Source: a virus (lineage: Duplodnaviria > Heunggongvirae > Uroviricota > Caudoviricetes). Taken from it: 53,288 nt of DNA. This document shows, in pieces, positions 36,474 through 45,443 of this stretch; within the stretch, counting starts at the first letter, position 1, and each line of letters opens with the position of its first letter. The stretch is from the IMG/VR virus record IMGVR_UViG_3300025133_006513, positions 1 through 53,288 of that record. The stretch is one strand, 5' to 3'. Made by a program: the position numbers and the translations under genes. The notes below the pieces were generated by a model. The model saw only the letters and a program-made list of their open reading frames with translations, ran no database searches and had not been told where the DNA came from.

Positions 36474-37703
36474 GTGATGGCTAAATTTCCAGTCCCACCT
36501 CCAGTCGGTACCCCAGCTGCAGGCTTCTTGCCTTCAGCACCCGGTACAGTCATTGGGCGTATCCCTATGGACGACGTAAAGGACACAGAATCCCTGACTG
36601 AGAGTGAACGTGAGTTGGTCGAGCAAGCCGGGTGGAAACCTGGTGACTCTGTGCCCAACCTACGAGGCACACAGGTCGGGCAACAACTCCAAGCAGAAGT
36701 GGATAAGTTCCGCAACAGCGAGGAGGACTATGCAGGGATAGTGCCGATGGACCCAAGTACGCCTCCGCTTGATCCGCCTGAGCCTGTCGACGTCAGTGCG
36801 ATGAGTGCAGAAGAGCTCGCTGCGGCTGAGCAGACATTCGCGGAGATGGATGAACTCCAAGACCGCGTGAACGCTGCACGAAAGCAACGCAAAGATAAGA
36901 AACTAGCACAGGAGCCGTCATTGCCACCCAGTGTGATGGCCACCCCTGGAGCAGCCCAGGCGATTGCTGCTGCCGAGCACGCGGCGGCTGTAGAGGCACA
37001 ACGCAACCCGAGCGTGATGAAACTGATCAATGACCTGCCAGAGTCCACCGGGGATATGCCCGTGCGTGAGGCTACGACACCGTTCAAGATCAAGGCAGAG
37101 GAAACACAGCCACAACCACAGCCTGAAATTAGTTCACCTGAACAAGATTCACCTGATGTCGGTGCAGACCTGACCGGGCATACAACATACTGCCCGCGAT
37201 GCAACTTCGATCTGAATAAGACGGTACCTGAGCCCACAGAGCTGGATATCGCTGGCTACCTGGCTTGCGTATTAGATGGTGGGCGGTTCCGCAAGGAAGT
37301 CTCGCTGTTTGGTGGGCGTATCACCGTGGTGTTCCGCACACTAACCCCCCTAGAGGTGGATGCGGCTATCTCGCAAGCTGACGCTGAAATGGCGGAAGAC
37401 AAGATCACAAATATCCTGCAATACACGCGTATTGTCGAGGGATACAAGCTGGTCGCCGGTATCGAGATGGTTTCACGACCAAATACGGGTCCGATTACCT
37501 TCCCTGAATTAGGTAAAATCGCAGAAGGTGATGTCCCGCCAATCGTGGAGGTATACAACTACTTCAACAACGAGGTGTTCACCACCGACAGTCTTCGCAG
37601 TATCGTTGGCGTGGAGTGGGTGACCTTTAAGAACTTGGTGCAGTTTTTGGAAGCTAAAGCGAGTGACCCTAATTTTTTCGGAAGCGGAGATTATCAGGTC
37701 TAA
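36474..37703 (+). CDS. Tail assembly chaperone (gpG-like)
   Basis: AAGGAG RBS; upstream of the tape measure; ends in a slippery T TTT TTC with the next ORF in the -1 frame. Confidence 0.75.
   Translation: MMAKFPVPPPVGTPAAGFLPSAPGTVIGRIPMDDVKDTESLTESERELVEQAGWKPGDSVPNLRGTQVGQQLQAEVDKFRNSEEDYAGIVPMDPSTPPLDPPEPVDVSAMSAEELAAAEQTFAEMDELQDRVNAARKQRKDKKLAQEPSLPPSVMATPGAAQAIAAAEHAAAVEAQRNPSVMKLINDLPESTGDMPVREATTPFKIKAEETQPQPQPEISSPEQDSPDVGADLTGHTTYCPRCNFDLNKTVPEPTELDIAGYLACVLDGGRFRKEVSLFGGRITVVFRTLTPLEVDAAISQADAEMAEDKITNILQYTRIVEGYKLVAGIEMVSRPNTGPITFPELGKIAEGDVPPIVEVYNYFNNEVFTTDSLRSIVGVEWVTFKNLVQFLEAKASDPNFFGSGDYQV
37673..37679 (+). other. Programmed -1 ribosomal frameshift slippery heptamer
   Basis: T TTT TTC in X XXY YYZ phase; the -1 frame is open (RKRRLSGL) into ATG 37703. 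Confidence 0.8.
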
Positions 37704-38137
37704 TGCTCCACGCCTATTGTACGGGCGTGCTTGATCTCCGTGGCGACATATTAGACCTGAAATACTGGCAGAGAATCAGGATGGTTGTCGATCATATCGA
37801 GAGCTCGCTGTGGGTGGAGTATTACAAACATCAGCATGACTTCAATTTGGCGTTGATCGACTACAGCAATGAGGATGACACCTTTAAGCTGCATCATCGC
37901 CAGTTGGAGCAGCTTAGGAGCAGCATGGCCAAAGAACGTATGCCGTGGGAGAAGCTCGGTGATGACACACTGCAAGATACGATTGGAGCACTACGTGAAG
38001 GTTACTTAAAACGGTTCCCTGCTCCGCGTAGCGAGAAGGGCAAGGAAGCCATCGCAAAACAATTAGCCATCTGGAAGGAGCAACGCCGTGGGATCGTTTC
38101 AGGGCCCAAATCAGCCAAGCGGGAGTTATTCCGGTAA
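37703..38137 (+). CDS. Tail assembly chaperone C-terminal extension (gpT-like)
   Basis: In the -1 frame relative to the upstream chaperone; likely expressed as a G-T fusion. Confidence 0.75.
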   Translation: MLHAYCTGVLDLRGDILDLKYWQRIRMVVDHIESSLWVEYYKHQHDFNLALIDYSNEDDTFKLHHRQLEQLRSSMAKERMPWEKLGDDTLQDTIGALREGYLKRFPAPRSEKGKEAIAKQLAIWKEQRRGIVSGPKSAKRELFR

Positions 38138-40076
38138 CGCGATGCTGGACATGATGGTCCAAATGTTTGGATCTAAGCTCCTGCCTCCCGGTATGGTCTT
38201 AGGGCAATGGAACCCTAACCAGCCACTGGGTGACACCTTAGAGGCTCGCGAGTTTGGCCAAGGCCAAATGGGTGCAGCTATGGGTCTCGGCGGGCCTGCA
38301 GCTACACAGCACGTCCAAGAGCTAATCCAAGGCCGCGCCGGCAGTACGAATGGCGGGCTTGTTGGGATGGGTGTGCTCGACGAGAGCATATTTGGTGCCG
38401 GTAACCTGCAGACTGAGGATATTTCTAAGGCTGTCGGCGCTGCCATGCCGTACCTGTCGATGGCGTCTCCACAGCTGTTAGATATGATGGGTCCGGGCGC
38501 AGGGATGAGCGGGATGGGCTCCAACTATGCCTCAATGATGAGAGGCAATGGCTTGAATTCGGGCCAGCTCACAGACCGAGCTGTTACACTTGGGCAGGAC
38601 GTCAGCAGCCAGCTCTACGGCGGGAACAGTGGTGATTTCTCCCAGACCATGGGAATCGGGTACTCCGAAGGTAGTGCCCTGCTTCGCGGTGCCGGCAACA
38701 TGGGTATTGCACCCACAGGTGCACAGTTACTCGGTATGGGCAGGACAGAAGCCCGTGAAGCTGCGTCAAAGGCTACGATGGACCTGTCACACGGTTCTGC
38801 GGCTATTCGTGACCTGGGTGGGCATTATGCTGCAATGAACCCCGAACAACGAATGACGACGCTCGATCAGCTATCGATGGGTAGGTTGTCCGCTGGCGAG
38901 AATGCTGCAGGTCTCGGTATGCAGGTACGCCAATTCAAGCAGACCACCAGGGCGGCAGGGCTCAGTCTCGGGGAAGGCCAGGGCTTGATGCAGATTGCTG
39001 GCGCTCGTTCGGCCGCGCTTGGCGGTAACATGCAGTCAGGGACAGTAGGGGGCTCACACGCTGCCGCTTACGGTGCCTTCTTGAACAGTGATAAAGGTGC
39101 AGGCTATGTCTCGGCGGCTGGCGTTAGTTCGAATACGCTGCTGCAGCAAGATGCTGTGCTTACAGCCCAGGCCGGGCGGAGCAATACAGCGGCAAACGCC
39201 TCAGCACTGATGGAAATGGGTGAGGCAGGTATGCTAGAGGGCGAAGCACTGAAAAAATATGAGTCCTTGAAAGAAGGTAAGTACGAGGCCATGGGTGACG
39301 GTGCCTTCCGTAGCATGCTTAAAAAGAGTGGTATGAATATGAACGTAGCCAGTACGATTATGAGCAACCGCGAGGAGAACCTTGCGAATCACGGGGACTC
39401 TGTAGCTGGTGCTGTCCGCGGCAGCCAATGGAACGCGGATATCGCGCCATCCATGCAGCGTGACGTTGCCAACGCGATGGGTGCAGCCGGAGGTGGAGCA
39501 TTCTCGACCAAGCAGACGATGAACGCTGGGGCTATGGTCGCAGAAACATTGAAAGGCATGGGCGGGAAGTCGCGTAAGGAAATGATAGACGCAGTGGCGG
39601 CTAAGTACCAAGCTGACGGCATGAACGAACAGCAGGCCCAGAACGCCGCACGTGTTAGCGTGAGTGCTGCAGGGATGTCGGTAAGGAAGAAGGGCTATAA
39701 GGGCGGCATTGGCCACGCTGTGTCGCTGCATGGGGATGAAGTCGCAGGCGGTGTTGCCGATCAAGAGGGCAGGGCAGCAACAAAAGCGCAAGAAGAAGCA
39801 GATACCGCAGATCAGGGGCAAAAAGGCCCGTGGGCGCGACTCGCAGACGGTATCAAGGATGGTACTAAAAGTGCCGCAGAGTTCTTTGCCAAAGTGATTG
39901 GTGGCGTTAAGAAACCAGCAAGCGGTAGTGGAGACACAGATGCCAGCGGCAGTGACAGCGACGGCAGTGGCGGTATTCCAAAGGTGAAAATCGATGGTAC
40001 CGTTTCCGTGGTCGTGCACGGTGCAGGTGATGTGCCCGATACAGGGTCGGGAATGGGTTCAACGATGGGGCCATAA
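38088..40076 (+). CDS. Tape measure protein
   Basis: 662 aa, Gly/Ala/Met-rich and helical, follows the G/GT pair; GTG start with AAGGAG (alternative ATG 38142); no Cys. Confidence 0.8.
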   Translation: MGSFQGPNQPSGSYSGNAMLDMMVQMFGSKLLPPGMVLGQWNPNQPLGDTLEAREFGQGQMGAAMGLGGPAATQHVQELIQGRAGSTNGGLVGMGVLDESIFGAGNLQTEDISKAVGAAMPYLSMASPQLLDMMGPGAGMSGMGSNYASMMRGNGLNSGQLTDRAVTLGQDVSSQLYGGNSGDFSQTMGIGYSEGSALLRGAGNMGIAPTGAQLLGMGRTEAREAASKATMDLSHGSAAIRDLGGHYAAMNPEQRMTTLDQLSMGRLSAGENAAGLGMQVRQFKQTTRAAGLSLGEGQGLMQIAGARSAALGGNMQSGTVGGSHAAAYGAFLNSDKGAGYVSAAGVSSNTLLQQDAVLTAQAGRSNTAANASALMEMGEAGMLEGEALKKYESLKEGKYEAMGDGAFRSMLKKSGMNMNVASTIMSNREENLANHGDSVAGAVRGSQWNADIAPSMQRDVANAMGAAGGGAFSTKQTMNAGAMVAETLKGMGGKSRKEMIDAVAAKYQADGMNEQQAQNAARVSVSAAGMSVRKKGYKGGIGHAVSLHGDEVAGGVADQEGRAATKAQEEADTADQGQKGPWARLADGIKDGTKSAAEFFAKVIGGVKKPASGSGDTDASGSDSDGSGGIPKVKIDGTVSVVVHGAGDVPDTGSGMGSTMGP

Positions 40077-40090
40077 TAGGAGCCAATGGA

Positions 40091-40555
40091 ATGGCATTTA
40101 TATTCGGTGGTGTTGGTGGTGACCCTGGCATCATGCAAGTGTTTACAGGGTCAGGGACGATGGGCACGCTCACCTTCGGGCTAGGCGGCTGGACTAGCGG
40201 TGCGTCTGCACAGAACGCTGTGCTTACAGGTATTAGCGCCAGCACACAAGGTAACTACCAGTTCCTCCTTACAATGCGTAACTACACCTACGTTTACTTG
40301 TTTGGCGAGAAGATGGGTGATATGACTGTTACTGGCATAGGACTTAAGGAATGCCCGACTGGAACAACAAATGGTCTGACAAACGCTATCGCCTACTACA
40401 ACACATACGCAATCTCTGTCACAGGAGCGCCCGTCGGGATCACCTTCGCAGGTTTCACCTTATGGGCATTCCTAGTTGGTGGGTCATTTGCTTACCTGGA
40501 CCCTACAAATCGACTATCCCAATTCCAATTTAAGTTTAAGATTATCTCCCAATGA
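40091..40555 (+). CDS. Tube-like baseplate/tube initiator protein
   Basis: 154 aa after the TMP with a tube-fold-like strand pattern (VLTGISASTQGNYQF...YVYLFGEKMGDMTVTG). Confidence 0.6.
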   Translation: MAFIFGGVGGDPGIMQVFTGSGTMGTLTFGLGGWTSGASAQNAVLTGISASTQGNYQFLLTMRNYTYVYLFGEKMGDMTVTGIGLKECPTGTTNGLTNAIAYYNTYAISVTGAPVGITFAGFTLWAFLVGGSFAYLDPTNRLSQFQFKFKIISQ

Positions 40556-41013
40556 TCAACCACGTGCGAACGCTGCTGCAGAATAGATCACATAAACACC
40601 CTAGCGACGAATTTGTACCACCTGATTTCACACCGATGGCGTGCCCGCCGGTTGTGCAGAAGATCAAGCGAATCCTCTGGGGTCGCACTCCTGTCAGTCA
40701 GTTACGTATCTGGCAGGTTATGCAGTTACTACATGCGTCAGAGTTAGAAGAGCACGTGCTTGCGACAGACGGCCGTGTAACTTACCTGCCGTTTGATGAT
40801 AAGTACTTCGGGAAGGTGGACATAGATCTGACAGTCTTCATACCTGAGTTACAGACGACACTGACACCTGATGACGACATCGCACTGTTCGACGACCTGT
40901 CGATCGAACCCAATCGCACATTCTACGAGTTGTGGAAGAAACACGATCAAGTTCCATATAAACTAGGCGGGCTTATGCTGGCCGTCGTAGCTGCCACAGA
41001 AAGGGCACGTTAA
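40552..41013 (+). CDS. Hypothetical baseplate-region protein (153 aa)
   Basis: ATGA coupling; lies within the baseplate block. Confidence 0.75.
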   Translation: MINHVRTLLQNRSHKHPSDEFVPPDFTPMACPPVVQKIKRILWGRTPVSQLRIWQVMQLLHASELEEHVLATDGRVTYLPFDDKYFGKVDIDLTVFIPELQTTLTPDDDIALFDDLSIEPNRTFYELWKKHDQVPYKLGGLMLAVVAATERAR

Positions 41014-42677
41014 TGTCTTACGCCTCAATTGATTTCAACTTGTGGGCAGATATCGACGGCACTGTTGTCGAGCTGGTGCAGTTCGCTTGCAACTACGAAA
41101 TGAATAACATTCCCAGCTGCACAGCTGTGCTTCCCGTCGGGTATACAGCTGTGTTTCCGCACTTGCCGTCAACCGCGCACGGTGCGACAGCGGGATTGCA
41201 GCTACAGGTCCCACTCACTGTTTGGGTCACATCCACCTTGGCCAGCAGCGACTCCGCAGGTATCTGGCCTGCAGGTACGTACAAACTATTCTGCGGTTGG
41301 GTTACGGGTGTAGGCTACCGCCGTACGCATACCGGCTACGCCATGACGATCGAAGGCACGCACTGGCTCTCAGCCTTATCCTTTGCATCGACACTGAGCT
41401 CTACAAGCCACCCGCATAACCCTGCGGATTTCATCTTCAACAGTCAGATCGAGATGGATGGGAGTGGTGGCTCGTTGACGCATCAAACTGTACGTACTGC
41501 CGCACAATCTGTCTGCACAGGCCCTAATATTCAGAAGGACCTCTGGGGTGACGCATTGAAGCCCTGGTTTGATGAGCTTGCGTGTAAAGATCGCATCAAC
41601 ATCTTGTATTTCCCCGCAGGGGATAAGAACGATAGTACGAAGTTTCAAGCCAAAGCTGCGTTAGACCTGATTAACGCGGGACCGGGTGCCCCTACATTAC
41701 CATTTAATGTAGGCGGTGCTGACGCAAATCATGCTGCTCTGGCGATCGCTGACGATATTGCTGTGTCTACGCTAACGCCGTCCAACGCCGGTAATACCAT
41801 GAACGCGATGGCACACACCACGTTCTGGGATAAGATCGTTGGCGAGCTGTCGGGGAAATACCACTTCAAATTAATACCATTTCCAGATAGGGCGTCGATC
41901 GTACCCTTTGTCCCTGGTCTGCGGGCTGAGTGGAACCCCGGCGGCGGCGCTGCCACGCTTCTCGCTAGAGATATGAGTCATCAAGACCTCAATTGTCACC
42001 TGCCACGCCCTATCCGCGGTGTAGGGTACTTCGCAGGACAAGGCGCGAAATCAGGCGGTAATCTGTCGCACAACGACAGCGTAACTAATGGTGACATGGG
42101 TGGGATGTACATCGGAAGAGATGACGGTATGGTGATCATTAAGCGAGCACCCAAGTATCTCTCTGAATACATGCTCCCCGTCGTATATTCGCGTAATGCA
42201 GCGGGACTCGCGGATGTGCGAGGTAACGCGTTCAACCACCCGGGGGTCGGCACTAAAGACGCTAACCCTAAGGACCCTGATGCTGTTAAGGGTGACCAGA
42301 AGATATTACTCGTTGAGCTCGCACACGCCACGTATGTGAATGAGTTACTCAGGCAGCGGTATGGTGATATTGTAGGAGCCGTGCGGTTCGACATCTCACC
42401 GGGGTCTACAATATCCTTCCAAGGCACAGAAGGTAGCTTACTTCCTACTGGCGGCGAGAAAAGGTACGGTGCGGTGATGCGTGTATCGCATTTCTTCGAT
42501 GCACAGCACCAGCGGTGTCAGACAGGCTTCCGGCTGACCCATGTACGTACAGAAGCTGAGCATTACAGCGACAATTACACAGTTACAGCACATCCGCTAT
42601 ATAGCCAGGCGTTTGACGGTGACTACAATCTGTATCTCGGCGGCGCTTCTTGTCCGTCCATGATAGGTAGTTGTTAA
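41013..42677 (+). CDS. Baseplate hub protein (gp27/gp44-like)
   Basis: 554 aa; ELVQFACNYEMNNIPSCTAVL...LFCGWVTGVGY...MTIEG; C-terminal VRFDISPGS...VMRVSH. Confidence 0.7.
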   Translation: MSYASIDFNLWADIDGTVVELVQFACNYEMNNIPSCTAVLPVGYTAVFPHLPSTAHGATAGLQLQVPLTVWVTSTLASSDSAGIWPAGTYKLFCGWVTGVGYRRTHTGYAMTIEGTHWLSALSFASTLSSTSHPHNPADFIFNSQIEMDGSGGSLTHQTVRTAAQSVCTGPNIQKDLWGDALKPWFDELACKDRINILYFPAGDKNDSTKFQAKAALDLINAGPGAPTLPFNVGGADANHAALAIADDIAVSTLTPSNAGNTMNAMAHTTFWDKIVGELSGKYHFKLIPFPDRASIVPFVPGLRAEWNPGGGAATLLARDMSHQDLNCHLPRPIRGVGYFAGQGAKSGGNLSHNDSVTNGDMGGMYIGRDDGMVIIKRAPKYLSEYMLPVVYSRNAAGLADVRGNAFNHPGVGTKDANPKDPDAVKGDQKILLVELAHATYVNELLRQRYGDIVGAVRFDISPGSTISFQGTEGSLLPTGGEKRYGAVMRVSHFFDAQHQRCQTGFRLTHVRTEAEHYSDNYTVTAHPLYSQAFDGDYNLYLGGASCPSMIGSC

Positions 42678-42689
42678 CAGGAGAAACCC

Positions 42690-43430
42690 ATGCCAAAGAA
42701 TATGCTAGAGCCTGACTACCAGTTGCCATATGACAATTGGGTAGCTGATCCATCCCCTACGAACACTGGGCAGCTGATTAAAGCTGTCAAACCGGTGCTG
42801 AGTTCAGCGGTGCGAGCGTACGGGGGTACGTCTGCCAGGAGCACGAACATTAAGTCACAGGCCAAGCGTATGGCTGCCGACGCCTTCAGTTCGTATGATC
42901 CAGCACGGGGCACATTGAAATCACACCTCATGTCACGCCTTCAGCGGTTACGCCGAGTGGCAGCCCAGCAGCGGCAGGTCATCCGTGTCCCAGAGCAGGT
43001 AGCTCTCGATCAGATGCGATCGGACGCTGCGACACGTGAATTGGAAGAGAGCCTGGGTTATCCTCCATCAGACCAGCAACTCGCGGATTACACGAATTTG
43101 TCGCTTAAACGCCTCGCATACATCAGAGGGAGTGAGCGCCCACTCGCGGAGAGTACGATTTCGCGTGGTGGCGAGGAGGGCCTTGGTGGCTACGATCCGC
43201 GGGTTCGATCGCTAGCAAAACCCGCAGACGCGTGGGAGGAGCTTATCTACGATGACATCGATGAGACTAACCAGTTCATTATGGAGCGTGTGCTCGGAAT
43301 GCACGGACATCAGCCAACCAAGCCCAGTCAGGTGGCTGTGATGTTGAAAATTAGCCCTGCCGCCGTAAGCCATCGCATGGCCCAGATTCAAGCAAAACTG
43401 GACAAGCGAGAAGACTTGGGGATGATCTAA
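42690..43430 (+). CDS. Sigma70-family sigma factor (group 3, FliA/WhiG-like)
   Basis: Region 2 LIKAVKPVLSSAVRAY...YDPARG; IRVP; region 3 LEESLGYPPSDQQLADYTNLS; region 4 HTH TKPSQVAVMLKISPAAVSHR; GGAG RBS. Confidence 0.9.
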   Translation: MPKNMLEPDYQLPYDNWVADPSPTNTGQLIKAVKPVLSSAVRAYGGTSARSTNIKSQAKRMAADAFSSYDPARGTLKSHLMSRLQRLRRVAAQQRQVIRVPEQVALDQMRSDAATRELEESLGYPPSDQQLADYTNLSLKRLAYIRGSERPLAESTISRGGEEGLGGYDPRVRSLAKPADAWEELIYDDIDETNQFIMERVLGMHGHQPTKPSQVAVMLKISPAAVSHRMAQIQAKLDKREDLGMI

Positions 43431-43858
43431 TGCCACTAGCTGTTGACGCACAATTCACCATCTTAATGACGTCGATGTGCACGTTCTCGGACTCGATCGC
43501 GGATTATTATAAGGATGCCGGCACACAGCGGGTGTGGATGGTACCGACCGCTGTTGGCTGGTCCCTCGACTCCGTCGACCCGTCCGATATGAGCGACCCT
43601 TTCGATCGTATCGGACCTAATGGGCTGTACACGGCAGAGTATGATGGTACCGGTAGTGACGAGGTTCGAGGCATCATGGGATCACACATACAAATTGGTT
43701 ACATGGGCATGATGGAGCGATCGTTTCGCGAGCGGCACAAAACACCTACCCGCGCCATGCTGCATGTCGCTGGCCGACGCATGGCTCACGGCGACACGGT
43801 AGATGGCGTACATAAGGCAGGTGTTGAAAACTACGTTACGGATTTATTCAACGCATGA
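43430..43858 (+). CDS. Hypothetical protein (142 aa)
   Basis: TAATG coupling to the sigma gene. Confidence 0.75.
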   Translation: MPLAVDAQFTILMTSMCTFSDSIADYYKDAGTQRVWMVPTAVGWSLDSVDPSDMSDPFDRIGPNGLYTAEYDGTGSDEVRGIMGSHIQIGYMGMMERSFRERHKTPTRAMLHVAGRRMAHGDTVDGVHKAGVENYVTDLFNA

Positions 43859-44277
43859 GCACCGATATTACAGCATGGCAACTCGTTGATGACTTCATTA
43901 TCCCGCAGTATGATGATGGACAGCTTGCTGAGGGTACTTTCGATGTCCTGCAGCGGGTGCTGATGATCTTGTTGTCCGAGACTGACAGTGCCAGGTATGC
44001 GTTTGATCGCGACGCTCAGCGGGCCTGTGCGTTTATGTCTGCTTGGCGGCAGGGTGACATCAGTAACGAAGCAGATGTGTTACGTATATTCTCACTCTGC
44101 CAGAGCCAAGTCAAAATGGCTATGGACAGCCAAGAGACAGATGAGGACCCACCAGAGAGGCAGTTCAAATCGCTGGAGATACTGCGGATTGTTGTGCAGC
44201 CAGGGACTGTGCAGCTGCGTTGCAAGTTAGAGACACAAGCAGACTCACTGCTATTCACGTTACCGATACCGATCTAG
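43855..44277 (+). CDS. Baseplate wedge gp25/GpW-like protein
   Basis: 140 aa before baseplate J; VLQRVLMILLSE...EDPPERQFKSLEIL...VQLRCKL. Confidence 0.7.
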   Translation: MSTDITAWQLVDDFIIPQYDDGQLAEGTFDVLQRVLMILLSETDSARYAFDRDAQRACAFMSAWRQGDISNEADVLRIFSLCQSQVKMAMDSQETDEDPPERQFKSLEILRIVVQPGTVQLRCKLETQADSLLFTLPIPI

Positions 44278-44285
44278 GAGATACG

Positions 44286-45443
44286 ATGTACTGGCCGGGA
44301 CTTGATGAGCTAGATGCAGAGCATGTGGAGTTTGCACACGCGATAATCCTGCAGATGATCGAAGAGAAGTGTCCTTCTTTGAACGCTGACCGCGGTGTCG
44401 TCGGGTCTTTGGTCACGGAGCTGCACGCCATCTTCCAAGGCTGCAGCATGCAAGCGATCGACAAGCTCCAGCACTCACTATGTGCCCGCGATGTTGCGGT
44501 AGACCCCAGCAGTGCACTCCCCGCAGCGGTCGACGCCTTGGCGTCTAACTTCCGGGTACACCGTAAGATTTCCAGAAAAGCCACAGGAACCATCACTGTC
44601 GTGCTTAATCGCGCGTCTGGTGATAGTTTTGGTACGAATACCAAGTTTCGCGCGAACGGGCAGTTCTTTTACGTGACACAGAAGGTTATCGTTAAGCCAC
44701 AGGTCCGCGGACCGCATGATGTCGCGGCGGTACAGCTTGAAGCAGGCACATACAGCGTACAAATCCCAGTAATTGCCAATGAAGTGCACCCAGCCGCCAT
44801 GCTGCATCGTTTTGACAAGCTGGTGCCCTTGATACGCCCGCCGGGCTTCGTCGACGCGTATGCGACAGCTGATTTTGTCGGCGGTGTGACTCCCCAATCA
44901 AATAAGCAACTCGTTGACCAGTTTAGAGTTAGCCTCGCTACCCCTGGATTTTCCAACGTAGATTGCATTAAGGCACTTGTACATCAGAGTGGCGTCGACG
45001 TTTCGGATATTGCGGTTATCGGAGCTCGTGATGACGAGATGACCCGCGACCATAACGCTGATGGCGTGTCTGTCGGTGGTTGCCTGGACATTTACATCCG
45101 GATCGACGGGCCTTGGGCTCGCCACATCGCTGACATCCAGGAATATCTGGATAATCCAGATGTGAGACAGCCCGGGCTAAGTGTGAAAGTCATGGCAGCC
45201 ACTCCCGTGCAGGTCGACGTACAGGTGAAGGCCAAAGGCTTCGCTGACCATGACGCCATTCACGAAAACCTAGCTAAATATGTGAATGGATTACCCATTG
45301 GCACGCCACCCACGCAGTTCCAACTGGTCCGGGCGGTGCAAGACATAGATGGTGTTGAAGATGTGTCATTCGAGATGGCCAACGCCTTCGATAAGACGTG
45401 TGCAGCCTACTTAAACCGTGATATTCTGATCAAATTGCAGTGA
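44286..45443 (+). CDS. Baseplate J-like wedge protein
   Basis: Start re-called at ATG 44286 (TAGGAG RBS); KATGTITV, ATADFVGG, VIGARDDEMTRD, GGCLDIYIR, VMAATPVQV. Confidence 0.8.
   Translation: MYWPGLDELDAEHVEFAHAIILQMIEEKCPSLNADRGVVGSLVTELHAIFQGCSMQAIDKLQHSLCARDVAVDPSSALPAAVDALASNFRVHRKISRKATGTITVVLNRASGDSFGTNTKFRANGQFFYVTQKVIVKPQVRGPHDVAAVQLEAGTYSVQIPVIANEVHPAAMLHRFDKLVPLIRPPGFVDAYATADFVGGVTPQSNKQLVDQFRVSLATPGFSNVDCIKALVHQSGVDVSDIAVIGARDDEMTRDHNADGVSVGGCLDIYIRIDGPWARHIADIQEYLDNPDVRQPGLSVKVMAATPVQVDVQVKAKGFADHDAIHENLAKYVNGLPIGTPPTQFQLVRAVQDIDGVEDVSFEMANAFDKTCAAYLNRDILIKLQ

Noticed and set aside
44220-44285. ORF-track N-terminal extension of baseplate J
   Set aside because: It overlaps the gp25-like gene; ATG 44286 has a TAGGAG RBS.
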